NCBI GenBank assembly: GCA_020693165.1 | Contig: JAIMJQ010000004.1 | Coordinates: forward strand, 24,289 to 64,021 | DNA length: 39,733 bases | Direction of reading: 5' to 3' | DNA from: Xanthomonas sp. | GTDB taxonomy: Bacteria > Pseudomonadota > Gammaproteobacteria > Xanthomonadales > SZUA-5 | Shown: piece after piece, positions 17,401 through 29,944 of the stretch | Numbering within the stretch: position 1 is the first letter of the stretch | How the letters are laid out: every line of letters begins with the position of its first letter | The notes under the pieces: generated by a model | What the model saw: only the letters and a program-made list of their open reading frames with translations | What the model was told of the DNA's origin: nothing | Databases searched by the model: none | Translations under genes and position numbers: made by a program

Positions 17401-19514
17401 TGCCGTTCTCCTTCGGCCAGCCGGCGCCGGTACTCCAGCTCGAACTTGCGCCTGAGCAACGCCCCCGGGTCATCGGGGACGCGCCGCAACAATTGTTCGG
17501 TGGCCTGACGCTGTTCCACCTGCGCGCGCTGCTCGGGCGTCATCGGCGGCGCCTGAGCTTCGGCGGCAGCCTCCTTGCCCTGTCCCGCGTCCAGTGCCTT
17601 TTGCATGTCCTCGCGCGCCGCCGCCTCGGCGGCCTCGCGCACTCGTGCGTCCTCGGCCTTGACGTCCGCATCGCGCTCCTGCGCTTCGGATTTGCCATCG
17701 CCGCCTTCCTGCTGAGGATCAGCGCTCGATTCCGACTCGGACTTGCCGGTGTCCGGCCGCTCGGCCTGCTCGCCTTCCGATGGCGACTTGCCGGATTGCT
17801 GTTGCGAATCCTGCTGGCCTTGCTGGCCTTGCTGGCCTTCCTGGCCTTCCTGGCCTTGCTGGCCTTCCTGGCCTTCCTGGCCTTCCTGGCCTTCCTGGCC
17901 TTCCTGGCCTTCCTGGCCTTGCTGACCCTTCTCGCCTTCCTGACCTTCCTGACCCTTCTGGCCTTGCTGGCCTTGCTGGCCTTGCTGGTCCTGATCGCCC
18001 TGTTGATCTTGCTGACCCTGTTCGCCGTTCTCGCCTTGCTGCTTCTGCGCCTGTTGCTGCTTGAGGAAGTCCTCGACCGCCTTGCGATTGGCCACGGCAT
18101 CCGGCATCCCGGGCTCGCGCGCCAGCGCTTCGTCGTACGCGCGCAGCGCATCTTCGAGCTTGCCGGCCCGCGCCAGCGCATTGCCGCGATTGTAGTCGGC
18201 GTCGGCACCATCGGCAGAGCGCCAGGCGCTGGCCGCAGCCTCAAAATCGTCGCCGCGATAAGCTGCCGCGCCAGCGAGCGCCGGATCCGGCGCCAGCGCG
18301 CGGGCGCGCTGGTGATCGCCATCCCGAAGCGCCGCAAACGCGCGCTGGTCGGCGCGGCGCCACAAGGCGTCCCAATTCCAGCCGGATGGCGGCGGCGCGT
18401 CGGGTTCGGCATCTGCGCCAGTTGCCGCAGAGCCTGGCCCCTCATCCGCGAATGTCGGCGTCGGCGACAGCGCATAACCGGTGGCCAGCACCAACGGCAA
18501 CAGCGACAGCCAACCACGCCGGAATCCAGCCAGCATCAGCGGCAACACCAGCAGCAGCAGCCAATAACCGTCATCGCTGCGGGTGACGCCGGTGTCATCT
18601 GCGCCAACGCCAGACGCCGGCGTGGCGGTCGTTGCTGCACTTCCGGCCGGGTCGAGCAGCGCCAGCGCGACCAGATCGCGGTTGTCGCTGGCCAGCGGCG
18701 CGTAGCGGCCGCCACCCGCAGCGGCTACTGCGCCGAGACTGACAGGGTCGAGGCGCGCCAGCATCGGTTTGCCGTCAGTACCGGTGATGAAACCGGACGA
18801 ACTGGTCAACGGCGCGCCGGCCAGAGTGCCGACGCCGAGCACTGACACCGTCACGCCAGCGGCACGAGCATTGACCGCTGCGCGCTCGGCATCGGCGTCA
18901 GCGCGATCGCTGATCAGCAGGATTTCGCCGCCATCGCTGCCGTTGTCGCGCAACATCGCCAGCGCGTGCTCGATGGCGCGGTCGGCGCGCTGACCCTGCA
19001 CCGGCATGATGTCCGGCGTCAGACTGTTGAGCAAAGCACCCACGGTGCGCGCATCGCGCGTGATCGGCGCCACGGTGAAGGCGTCGCCGGCATACACCAG
19101 CAGCCCGATCTGCCCGCTGCGACGCTGCTCCAGCAATTGTTGCAGCTTGGCGCGCGCCTGCACCCCGCGCGATGGCGGCAGATCGGTGGCGCGCATCGCC
19201 GCCGACAGGTCCAATGCCACCACCAACGGCGACTCCAGCTGCCACAGTGGCGCCGGTTCCTGCCGCAAGGAGGGCCCGGCAAGCGCGAGGATCGCCAGCG
19301 CAGCAGCCAGCAGCCAGAGCCAGCGGGTGCTGACGACGGTGCGTCCTTCAAGCTGCTGCAACAGGTGCGGCAGCAGATGCGGATCGACGGCGCGCTGCCA
19401 TACCGAGCGGCGACCATCGCGCTGACGCCACCACCACCCGATCGCCGGCAGCAGGAGCAGCGCAAGCAACCAGTAAGGACGCAGCCAGGCGAACTCGACG
19501 CCGCTCACGTCCAT
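17397..19514 (-). CDS. VWA + TPR protein (BatB/C-like) with a Gln/Glu/Gly-rich low-complexity tail
   Basis: [14 protein letters not shown], degenerate [44 protein letters not shown]-terminal [16 protein letters not shown]. Confidence 0.88.
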   Translation of the reverse strand: MDVSGVEFAWLRPYWLLALLLLPAIGWWWRQRDGRRSVWQRAVDPHLLPHLLQQLEGRTVVSTRWLWLLAAALAILALAGPSLRQEPAPLWQLESPLVVALDLSAAMRATDLPPSRGVQARAKLQQLLEQRRSGQIGLLVYAGDAFTVAPITRDARTVGALLNSLTPDIMPVQGQRADRAIEHALAMLRDNGSDGGEILLISDRADADAERAAVNARAAGVTVSVLGVGTLAGAPLTSSSGFITGTDGKPMLARLDPVSLGAVAAAGGGRYAPLASDNRDLVALALLDPAGSAATTATPASGVGADDTGVTRSDDGYWLLLLVLPLMLAGFRRGWLSLLPLVLATGYALSPTPTFADEGPGSAATGADAEPDAPPPSGWNWDALWRRADQRAFAALRDGDHQRARALAPDPALAGAAAYRGDDFEAAASAWRSADGADADYNRGNALARAGKLEDALRAYDEALAREPGMPDAVANRKAVEDFLKQQQAQKQQGENGEQGQQDQQGDQDQQGQQGQQGQKGQEGQEGEKGQQGQEGQEGQEGQEGQEGQEGQQGQEGQEGQQGQQGQQDSQQQSGKSPSEGEQAERPDTGKSESESSADPQQEGGDGKSEAQERDADVKAEDARVREAAEAAAREDMQKALDAGQGKEAAAEAQAPPMTPEQRAQVEQRQATEQLLRRVPDDPGALLRRKFELEYRRRLAEGERQ
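17813..17985 (-). repeat. Coding 9-bp tandem repeat (GGC CAG GAA/CAA) encoding (GQE/GQQ)n
   Basis: Runs of CTGGCCTTC/CTGGCCTTG on the plus strand; 19 consecutive G-X-Y triplets in the protein. Confidence 0.92.
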
Positions 19515-20527
19515 GCCGATGTCCTCCCTGCCCACAGCCGCACGGCGACGGCCAACCCGGCAAGCAACAGCGCCAGCGCCAGCGGCCAGGCGTAGCGTTC
19601 GATACGCGGCTGCAGCGCCTCGCCAGGACTGGCGGTCGGCTCGATGCGATCGAGTTCAGCGTAGATGCCGGCGAGCTCCGCGGTGTCGCGCGCCCGGAAG
19701 TAGCGGCCGCCGGTCGCGCCAGCCACGCCGCGCAGCGTCGCCTCGTCGATCTGTGCCGGCCGCTGCATGCGAATGCCGAAGAAGTTCTCCGCGCCGGAAC
19801 CGCCGAAGCCGATCGTGTGCACGCGCACCGATTCCGCTTGCGCCAGCTGCGCCGCGCGATCCGGCGTGATCGCGCCGGCGGTGTTGACGCCATCTGTCAG
19901 CAGGATGACGACACGCTCACCGCTGTTGCCGGCGCTCTCGTCGGGGTCGCCAAGGCGCTTGACTGCCAGCGCGATCGCATCGCCGATCGCGGTTTCCTGA
20001 CCGGCCAGACCGACGACGCTGTCGAGCAACTGCGCGCGCACGCTGTTGCGATCGAGGGTCAGCGGGGTCACGGCGTAAGCGCGCTCGCCGAACAGCAGCA
20101 GCCCGACGCGATCGCCAACGCGGCGGTCGAGGAAATCGGCAAGCACCGCCTTCACCGCGGTCAGGCGATCCACGACGCGACCGCCAAGACGCATGTCTTC
20201 GGCTGCCATGCTCCCCGACAGGTCGACCGCCAGCAGCAGGTCGCGCCCTTCGGCCGGCGGCTGCTGCACTGATCCCAGCTCCTGCGGGCGCGCGGCAGCG
20301 ATGCACAGCAGGCACCACGCCAGCCACCACAAGATGCTGAAGCGGATACGACGCGACTTCGCGCCGGCTCTGCCGAGCGCATCGACCTCCGCAGCAAACG
20401 GCACGCGCAGCGCCGAGTCCAGCGCCGATGGCGCCGGCGGCATCCAGCGCGCCACCAGCCACGGCAGCGGCAGGGCCAGCAGCAGCCATGGCCATGCCAG
20501 TTCCCAGGTCAGCAATTGCGCGATCAC
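19505..20527 (-). CDS. batA: VWA domain protein BatA-like (Ca-activated chloride channel family)
   Basis: AWPWLLLALPLP, AAARPQ, MIDAS DLSGSM, GDRVGLLLFG, TAIGDAI, LLTDG. GTG start overlaps the upstream stop. Confidence 0.88.
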   Translation of the reverse strand: MIAQLLTWELAWPWLLLALPLPWLVARWMPPAPSALDSALRVPFAAEVDALGRAGAKSRRIRFSILWWLAWCLLCIAAARPQELGSVQQPPAEGRDLLLAVDLSGSMAAEDMRLGGRVVDRLTAVKAVLADFLDRRVGDRVGLLLFGERAYAVTPLTLDRNSVRAQLLDSVVGLAGQETAIGDAIALAVKRLGDPDESAGNSGERVVILLTDGVNTAGAITPDRAAQLAQAESVRVHTIGFGGSGAENFFGIRMQRPAQIDEATLRGVAGATGGRYFRARDTAELAGIYAELDRIEPTASPGEALQPRIERYAWPLALALLLAGLAVAVRLWAGRTSAWT

Positions 20528-20988
20528 GGCAGCCCTGCCAGGGTCAGGAAGCAGTGCCGTGCCGGAGCCCGCAGCGCCGCCAACTGCGCGGCATCGGGCG
20601 CCGCCTGGTAGGGACCGTCGTGCAGCACGCGGCCGGCGCCCTGGGTAAAGAACGCCGGTTCCTGGCCGCCGGCCTGGTCGAGGAATTCGAGCCACGCCTC
20701 GCCGACCATCGCGGCCGCTGCCGGCGAGCGCACCCGCGCCGCGCGTCGCAGCAATTGCGAAATTGCTGCAAGCTGTGCCTGCGGGTCGGCCAGTCCAAGT
20801 ACAGCATCGAACTCGGCCTGCAGCGCCAGGCGACGTCGACGTGCGCGCCAGCGCTGACGCAGGAATGATGCAAGCATCCAGACGACCGCCAGCAGCACCA
20901 GCGCCAGCAGCCACCAGCCCGGCGCCGGCGGCCACCACGACGGCTCCGGCGGAAGGTGAATGTCGCGCAACTGCAGTTGCGGATTCAT
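20524..20988 (-). CDS. DUF4381-family protein
   Basis: LRDIHLPPEPSWWPPAPGWW signature, GEAWLEFLD. Confidence 0.9.
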   Translation of the reverse strand: MNPQLQLRDIHLPPEPSWWPPAPGWWLLALVLLAVVWMLASFLRQRWRARRRRLALQAEFDAVLGLADPQAQLAAISQLLRRAARVRSPAAAAMVGEAWLEFLDQAGGQEPAFFTQGAGRVLHDGPYQAAPDAAQLAALRAPARHCFLTLAGLP

Positions 20989-21899
20989 GCCGCCTCGCGT
21001 CGATGCGGCAACAGCGCCGCCAGCACCCGGTCGGGCTGTTCGTCGGTGCGCAGCACCAGCACGCGCCAGCCCAGGCGCGCCAGGCGCGCTGTGGCGTGCT
21101 CGAAGCGCGCACCGAAAGCCTGCGTCCAGTCGCAGCGGACGCGTTCATCGGACAAGTCCAGCTCCATCCGCGCGCGTTCGCCGGCAAAAGCCACCCGCGC
21201 CTGCGGCGGCGCCAGTTCCAGCGGGTCGACCAGCAGCACGGCAAAGGCATCATGGTGCGCCGCCAGTGCACTCCAGCGAGCATCGGCAACGGCGTCGACA
21301 CTGCGCGGATCGAGCAGCGCGACCAGCCGCGTGCCGGGCTTGCTGACACGCGCCGCCGACTGCAGCGCGACATCCAGCCCGAGATCGTCGGCGGGTGGTG
21401 ACTGATACCAGCGATTCAGCGCGTCGAGCACGCGCAAGGCCCCGCGCGCACTGCCGGCGGGCGGCAACGGCGGCTCGCCGTGGGTGCCGCGCAGCGCGCT
21501 GATGCGATCACCGCTGCGCTGCGCCGCCCAGGCGGTCAGTGCGCCAACTTCCGCCGCCAGCACCGACTTGAAGCAGCGCCGCGTTCCGAAATACAACGAT
21601 GCCGCGGTATCGGCGATCAACAGCGTCACCCGATCACGCTCGGCGTGGAACACCTTGGTATGCGTGCGTCCGGTGCGCGCAGTGACGCGCCAGTCGATAT
21701 GGCGGGCGTCATCGCCCTGCGCGTACAGCCGCGATTCGGCGTAGTCCATGCCACGCCCGCGCAACGGCGACGTCGCCGGACCGGCACCGCTGCCCTGCGC
21801 ACGCTGCGGCGGCGGCCACGCCAGCACCCGCGCGCGCAGTGCAATCAGTTCAGCGAGCGAGGGGCGCAGGCCTGGGTTCGGGTTGGCACGGCTGGACAT
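20985..21899 (-). CDS. DUF58-family protein
   Basis: RGRGMDYAESRLYAQGDDARHIDWRVTART; follows moxR. Confidence 0.92.
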   Translation of the reverse strand: MSSRANPNPGLRPSLAELIALRARVLAWPPPQRAQGSGAGPATSPLRGRGMDYAESRLYAQGDDARHIDWRVTARTGRTHTKVFHAERDRVTLLIADTAASLYFGTRRCFKSVLAAEVGALTAWAAQRSGDRISALRGTHGEPPLPPAGSARGALRVLDALNRWYQSPPADDLGLDVALQSAARVSKPGTRLVALLDPRSVDAVADARWSALAAHHDAFAVLLVDPLELAPPQARVAFAGERARMELDLSDERVRCDWTQAFGARFEHATARLARLGWRVLVLRTDEQPDRVLAALLPHRREAA

Positions 21900-21907
21900 C
21901 AGGACGT

Positions 21908-21985
21908 CTGGTCGTTGGTTGTCGTTGAAAGCCGGTGATCAGTACTCATGGCTGTGGCTGCCAACAACCAGCAACCAACAACCAG
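21908..21985. repeat. Inverted heptamer-repeat hairpin (CAACCAA/CAACCAG units)
   Basis: CTGGTCGTTGGTTGTCGTTG ... CCAACAACCAGCAACCAACAACCAG. The same unit occurs at 834-848 and about 36760-36875. Confidence 0.6.
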
Positions 21986-21995
21986 AAACTGCCCT

Positions 21996-23012
21996 TCACG
22001 GCAGCGGCACTCGCTGCAACAACTCCGCAACCAGACGTCCGCCATCCCAGCCCTCTGCCGTCGCTTCGTAGCCAGGCAGCACGCGGTGGCGGAGCACGTC
22101 GGGCGCAATCGCGTGGATGTCCTCGGGAGTCACGAAGTCGCGGCCGGCGAGCCAGGCACGGGCGCGGGCGCAGCGCTCCAGTGCGATCGAGCCGCGCGGA
22201 CTCGCGCCCCAGGCAATGCGCCGGGCCAGCGTCGCGTCGTAGGCCCGCGCGTCGCGGGATGCCAGCACCAGTTCCACCAGGTAGCGTTCCAGCGCCGGCG
22301 CAAAGTGCAGGTCGAGCACCGCTTCGCGCGCGGCGAAGATGTCCGCCTGGGACAGGCGCAGCAACGGTTCGGCCTGGTGGCGCAGCGCATTGCGCGCCTG
22401 GTCGCGAACCAGCCGCAGGATTTCAGTCTCGGCGCCAGCCTCCGGATAGCCGACGCGCACATGCATCAGGAAACGATCGAGCTGCGCTTCGGGCAATGGA
22501 TAGGTGCCCTCCTGCTCGATCGGATTCTGCGTCGCCATGACCAGGAACAGTTGCGGCAACGCGTAGGTCTTGCCACCAACGGTGATCTGGCGCTCGCCCA
22601 TTGCCTCCAGCAGCGCCGATTGCACCTTGGCCGGGGCGCGGTTGATCTCGTCGGCCAGCAGCAGATTGTGGAACAGCGGGCCGGGCTGGAACTCGAAACG
22701 ACCCTCCTGCTGGCGCCAGATATCGGTGCCGGTCAGGTCCGACGGCAACAGATCCGGGGTGAACTGGACGCGCTGGAAATTGGCCTCGACGCGCGTCGCC
22801 AGCGCCTTCACCGCGGTGGTCTTGGCCAGTCCCGGCGCACCCTCGACCAGCAGATGGCCGTCGGCCAGCAACGCGATCAACAAGCGCTCGACCAGCGCCG
22901 CCTGGCCGATCACCTGCGCCGTCAGCGCCTCGCGCAACTCGCGAAAGCGCGTGTGCAGGGCTGAAGGGTCGGCAGCAGTTGCGGAATCAACGGTCAGGTC
23001 TGAGGCATCCAT
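21996..23012 (-). CDS. moxR: MoxR-family AAA+ ATPase
   Basis: GHLLVEGAPGLAKT, RVQFTPDLLPSD, ADEINRAPAKVQSALLEAM, ATQNPIEQEGTYPLPEAQLDRF, GASPR. Confidence 0.95.
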   Translation of the reverse strand: MDASDLTVDSATAADPSALHTRFRELREALTAQVIGQAALVERLLIALLADGHLLVEGAPGLAKTTAVKALATRVEANFQRVQFTPDLLPSDLTGTDIWRQQEGRFEFQPGPLFHNLLLADEINRAPAKVQSALLEAMGERQITVGGKTYALPQLFLVMATQNPIEQEGTYPLPEAQLDRFLMHVRVGYPEAGAETEILRLVRDQARNALRHQAEPLLRLSQADIFAAREAVLDLHFAPALERYLVELVLASRDARAYDATLARRIAWGASPRGSIALERCARARAWLAGRDFVTPEDIHAIAPDVLRHRVLPGYEATAEGWDGGRLVAELLQRVPLP

Positions 23013-23140
23013 GCTGGCTCGCGCTTGGGTCGGGGGCCGCCGTGAGACCACGGCGTGAGCAAAAAGTTCTCCCCTGTGGGAACGAGGTGTACGCCACCGT
23101 CGTCGAGATTGTCGCGTCGCCGGTCGCGGCGTAGACGTCG

Positions 23141-24106
23141 CTACGCGAGCGCAAACGGAAACGCGATCACCTCGTCGATCGTCTGCGCTCCGACCAGCCA
23201 CAGGTGCAAACGCTCGATGCCGAGCGCGACGCCGGCGCAATCGGGCATCTGCGGCAGCGCCGCCAGCAGGCGCTCGTCGATCTGCGGCAGTTCGCTGTCA
23301 CGAGTCTTTCGCACCGCAAGATCGTGCTCGAAGCGCCGCCGCTGCTCACCGGCATCGTCGAGTTCGTGATAGCCGTTGGCAACTTCGAAGCGGCCGAGAT
23401 ACAGCTCGAAGCGCTCCGCCACACGCGAGTCTGCGGGACTGATCCGCGCCAGCGCCGCCTGACTGGCCGGAAAGTCGTACAGGAACAGCAGATCGTCCGC
23501 CCGCAGTCGCGGTTCGATGCAGTGGCTGCGGATCAGGTCGAGCAGGTCATCGCGACCGAGCCCGGGCAACTCGACGCCATGGTCCGTCAGGGCGACCGCC
23601 AGTTCCGCGTCGGAAGCCGACAGCGGATCAACGCCAGCATGGCGCAGATAGCAGTCGCGGTAGCTCAAGCGTTCGACGCTGCCGATCTGGCGTCCGAACA
23701 ATGCCGCCGCCGCGCGCACCAGCGCCTCGACCTCATCCATCAATCGATGGTGGTCGAAGCCGACGCGATACCACTCCAGCAGCGTGAACTCGGGGTTATG
23801 TCGCGGACCGCATTCGCCATCGCGAAACACCCTGGCGATCTCGTAGAGGTCGCCGCTGCCAGCCGCCAGCAGGCGCTTGTGGAAGAACTCGGGCGAAGTC
23901 CGGAGGTAGCGTAGCGGCAGTCCGCCACGCTGCGGACCGCAGTACCGGGTCACGAAGCTGTCGATGTTCGGATCGGTGTTGCCGGCCTGCGACAGCACTG
24001 GCGTGGTCACTTCGACGACATTGCGCGCGACGAAGAAGCGGCGCACTTCGGCGAGCAGGCGCGCGCGTTGCTGCAAGCGGTCACGCAGGGTCACCGGGAA
24101 GATCAA
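23141..24106 (-). CDS. epmA: EF-P lysine aminoacylase
   Basis: LRTSPEFFHKRLLAAG, RHNPEFTLLEWYR, ERFELY, ANGYHEL, GVALGIERL; LysRS catalytic domain without an anticodon domain. Confidence 0.95.
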   Translation of the reverse strand: MIFPVTLRDRLQQRARLLAEVRRFFVARNVVEVTTPVLSQAGNTDPNIDSFVTRYCGPQRGGLPLRYLRTSPEFFHKRLLAAGSGDLYEIARVFRDGECGPRHNPEFTLLEWYRVGFDHHRLMDEVEALVRAAAALFGRQIGSVERLSYRDCYLRHAGVDPLSASDAELAVALTDHGVELPGLGRDDLLDLIRSHCIEPRLRADDLLFLYDFPASQAALARISPADSRVAERFELYLGRFEVANGYHELDDAGEQRRRFEHDLAVRKTRDSELPQIDERLLAALPQMPDCAGVALGIERLHLWLVGAQTIDEVIAFPFALA

Positions 24107-24113
24107 GGGCTGT

Positions 24114-24278
24114 ATTTGTCCGCAATGAACGCAAAGGAAAGCATAAGATTTCAGTTTGCTCTGTGCTTGCCTGCTTCCGGCACATTGCTATCCGCGCCAC
24201 CAGCGCAGCCGCGAGTTCGCACCATTTCCCTCCCTTCGATTGCTCTACTTTGCGTCATTTGCGCCGTTTGCGGACAAA
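24114..24278. repeat. Inverted nonamer-type repeat (TTTGTCCGCAAA-NNCGCAAA), also at 26409-26440
   Basis: ATTTGTCCGCAATGAACGCAAAGG ... CTTTGCGTCATTTGCGCCGTTTGCGGACAAA. Confidence 0.7.
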
Positions 24279-24287
24279 AATGCCTTC

Positions 24288-27189
<2,902 letters not shown>

Positions 27190-27293
27190 GGCTTGGGGAC
27201 TAATTCGGCTCGAATCCAGCGCGCAGCATACGCAACCATCGCGCACACGCGAAACGCACCGTGATGCGGGTCATTCCTGGATCAAGTTCCTTG

Positions 27294-27321
27294 TTGATTG
27301 GCGGTGCGCTACCGTTATCAT
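27294..27321 (+). promoter_or_regulatory. Putative sigma70 promoter
   Basis: TTGATT-16 nt-TATCAT about 30 nt upstream of GTG 27354. Confidence 0.4.
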
Positions 27322-27353
27322 CGGTGCGGTGTCCCCATCCCCGGCGATTGCGC

Positions 27354-28814
27354 GTGTCATTCCTCGATCGACTCAAGCGCGAAGCGGACCAACAACGGCA
27401 ACAAGCCGAGCAACAGGCGCTGGAGCGGGAACAGCGCGAGACGCGTTACCGCTCGCAGATCGAGCCGAAGATGAAGGCCCTGCTCGCGTACCTCGAAGGG
27501 TTGGCGGCGACCCTGCTTGAGGTCAAGCCCGCGATCGTCGTGCGCATGGCCATCCAGGGTTACGGTGAGCTTTGCGCCGTGCCCTTTTTTGACTACAAGA
27601 TTGAGCACGAACGCCGCCACCGCAGCTTCACGATCACCATGACCTGGAGCATGAAGGTCGATGGCGAGCGTGCTCCGATCGTGCGTGCCGATGGCGTTAC
27701 CCGGGTCAAGGCGCTGACCAGCATCTTCCGCCAGTACCATCTCGGCGGCATCAAGGAAGAGAAGCGCACACCGCAGGGCGAACTTTCGTGCGCCACCTTT
27801 CACGCCCGCGGTTACATCAAGGCGCGCATGGAAGCAACGATCTCGGCAGACGACCCGGTCTTGCGACTGATCTTCGACAATGCAAGCTGGCTCGGCGCCA
27901 GTCGCCGCCAGGTGCCGTGGGAGCAGATCGACGACGACCTGTTCGACCGCATCGCGCGCTTCATAGTCCGTGAGGACGATTCGCTGTTCACCGAGGAATT
28001 GTCAGACGCGCTGAAGCAGAAGTTACGCAGGGAACCGCAGCCGCCTGCGCCTGCAGTCCCGACCGCGGCGGCCGCGCGTGACGCCGCGCCGCGGCCGGTC
28101 AGTCACGCTGCGCCGATCGCGGCGCAAGCATCCGTACCGGTACCCGCAGCACCGGCACTGAAGCCAGCACAATCGCAAGACACGGCTTCTGCGCCGGGCA
28201 ACGCTGCCGCGCTGGCGCTGATGGCGCAGGGCGAGATGATCGAGATCGACGAAAGCAAGCTCGGTCTGGCCGACTTCAAGGAATCCGAGCAGCCGTCGAG
28301 CGTGTTTTCTGCCGATGCCCTGCGCCGGGCAGCACCCGCGCCGAAACTCGATTCGTCGCCACTCACCACCGCTGTCGGCACGATCCCGGCGCCGCCGCCG
28401 GTTGCCGCAGGTGAGGTCATCGCGATCGACGAAAGCAAGCTTGGCCTCGACCTCGAACCGGCGCCGATCGTGATCGAGCGCGTGCCGGTCATGGCACCCA
28501 TGTCGTCGCCGCTGCCGGCGACTCCTGCTGTTCTGCCGCCCGCGGCCGCGACGCCGCAGTCCCTGCAAACGCCAGCTCCGCGCCCCTCGGCACCCGCAAA
28601 CGCTGCGCAGTTGCCCGCGGAGACCGCTGTGCAGCGAGCGGCGGTGCAACCGCCACGCCCGCCAGCCGTCGCTGCGGCGCCGTCCGAGCCCACCAGCAAC
28701 CAAGCTGCGCCGACCGAGGAGGTGCAGGAGCGCGATGCCGCGCTGTTCCGTTTGCGCATGCGCGCGATGATGGCGCGCCTGCGCAGCGACGAAGCCGGCG
28801 ACGCCAACGGCTGA
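27354..28814 (+). CDS. Hypothetical protein: coiled-coil and globular N-terminal region, Pro/Ala-rich tail with a duplicated motif
   Basis: GTG-SFLDRLKREADQQRQQ...; coding-like codon usage; GE(M/V)I(E/A)IDESKLGL occurs twice. Confidence 0.78.
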   Translation: MSFLDRLKREADQQRQQAEQQALEREQRETRYRSQIEPKMKALLAYLEGLAATLLEVKPAIVVRMAIQGYGELCAVPFFDYKIEHERRHRSFTITMTWSMKVDGERAPIVRADGVTRVKALTSIFRQYHLGGIKEEKRTPQGELSCATFHARGYIKARMEATISADDPVLRLIFDNASWLGASRRQVPWEQIDDDLFDRIARFIVREDDSLFTEELSDALKQKLRREPQPPAPAVPTAAAARDAAPRPVSHAAPIAAQASVPVPAAPALKPAQSQDTASAPGNAAALALMAQGEMIEIDESKLGLADFKESEQPSSVFSADALRRAAPAPKLDSSPLTTAVGTIPAPPPVAAGEVIAIDESKLGLDLEPAPIVIERVPVMAPMSSPLPATPAVLPPAAATPQSLQTPAPRPSAPANAAQLPAETAVQRAAVQPPRPPAVAAAPSEPTSNQAAPTEEVQERDAALFRLRMRAMMARLRSDEAGDANG

Positions 28815-28854
28815 TCGCGCATCCGCCGCGATCGCGCATCCCGCTCGACCCGGC

Positions 28855-29790
28855 TCAGATCAGGCGAATTTCGCGCAAGCGCTCGAGCAGATAGTCATTC
28901 GCCGTGATCGGCTGCGGATAGCGGCTCGGGTTGTCGGCGGTCACACATTGCGCCAGCACGTCGATCGGGAAGTCCGGGTTGGGGTGCAGGAAGAACGGCA
29001 CCGAATAACGCGGTTGTCGCGAGTTGGCGCCGGGCGGGTTGACCACCCGGTGGGAGGTCGACGGATAGACGTGGTTGGTGAGGCGTTGCAGCATGTCGCC
29101 GATATTGACGACGATGGCGTCGCCCGCGGTGGTCACCGGCAGCCATTCGCCCTGGCGCGTCAGCACCTGCAGACCTTCGGCGCTGGCGCCGACCAGCAGT
29201 GTGATCAGGTTGATGTCCTCGTGGGCACCGGCGCGCTCATTCGGCACCTCGTCTTCGGTGATCGGCGGATAGTGGATCGGCCGCAGGATCGAATTGCCGA
29301 AGTGGGTCTTGTCGTCGAAGTAGTGTTCCGGCAGATCGATGTGCAGCGCCAGCGCGCGCAGCACGCGCGAGCCCAACCGGTCGAGCGCCTGGTAGAGGCC
29401 GTAACCCAGCTCGCGGAATTCGGGGACCTCCTCGGGCCACAGGTTCTCCGGCATGACCTCGGCATACGGCGAGTCGCGCGGAATTTCGCGACCGATATGC
29501 CAGAACTCCTTGAGATCGGGGTGCTGCGAATCCTTCGCGGTCTCGACCATGAACGGCGTGTAGCCGCGTGCCCCGCCGCCGCCTTCGACATGGTAGCGAC
29601 GCTTGGTGGCCTCGGGCAGGTCGAAGAAGCGCTTGAACGCGGCATAGGCACCATCGATCAGGCGCGAAGGAATTTCGTGCCCGGAAATGCAGCAAAAGCC
29701 GAACTCCCGGTAAGCGCGACCGAGTTCGCCGACGAATGCCGCGCGATCGCTGTCGAAGCGACGAATGTCGAGAGTAGGTACGCCAGCCAT
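28855..29790 (-). CDS. 2-oxoglutarate/Fe(II) oxygenase, isopenicillin N synthase-like family
   Basis: EFGFCCISGH, RGYTP, DLKEFW, HED iron motif, NIGDMLQ, STSHRVVNP, RYS. Confidence 0.93.
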   Translation of the reverse strand: MAGVPTLDIRRFDSDRAAFVGELGRAYREFGFCCISGHEIPSRLIDGAYAAFKRFFDLPEATKRRYHVEGGGGARGYTPFMVETAKDSQHPDLKEFWHIGREIPRDSPYAEVMPENLWPEEVPEFRELGYGLYQALDRLGSRVLRALALHIDLPEHYFDDKTHFGNSILRPIHYPPITEDEVPNERAGAHEDINLITLLVGASAEGLQVLTRQGEWLPVTTAGDAIVVNIGDMLQRLTNHVYPSTSHRVVNPPGANSRQPRYSVPFFLHPNPDFPIDVLAQCVTADNPSRYPQPITANDYLLERLREIRLI

Positions 29791-29840
29791 GCTTGCCAGT
29801 CCCGCGACTTTGAAAAGGCGGCGAGTCTAGCAGCCTGAGC

Positions 29841-29868
29841 GTTTCCCCCGCGCCGTTCCGGGGGAAAC
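29841..29868. terminator. GC-rich hairpin downstream of pit (possible terminator or stabiliser)
   Basis: GTTTCCCCCG-8 nt-CGGGGGAAAC, a perfect 10-bp stem; no clear U-tract. Confidence 0.4.
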
Positions 29869-29944
29869 AGTCGAAGGACGAACGCTGGCATTGCGGAATG
29901 ACGACCCATCGGCGATCGGATCCCCCGTCACGAGCAAATGCTGT

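Noticed and set aside
17400-18845. Plus-strand ORFs with LAFLAF, WPSWPS or GLPGLP repeats that look like membrane or collagen proteins
   Set aside because: They are other-frame readings of the 9-bp repeat inside the BatB-like gene.
19505-21373. 622-aa fused ORF from the track, and similar 5' extensions of moxR, ligA, pit, ispF, kdsA, eno and ccoI
   Set aside because: The extensions overlap upstream genes or repeats in other frames; family-typical N-termini begin at the downstream starts given in features.
28855-29790. Beta-lactam or secondary-metabolite cluster around the IPNS-like oxygenase
   Set aside because: Stand-alone gene with no NRPS or tailoring genes nearby; this family is widespread.
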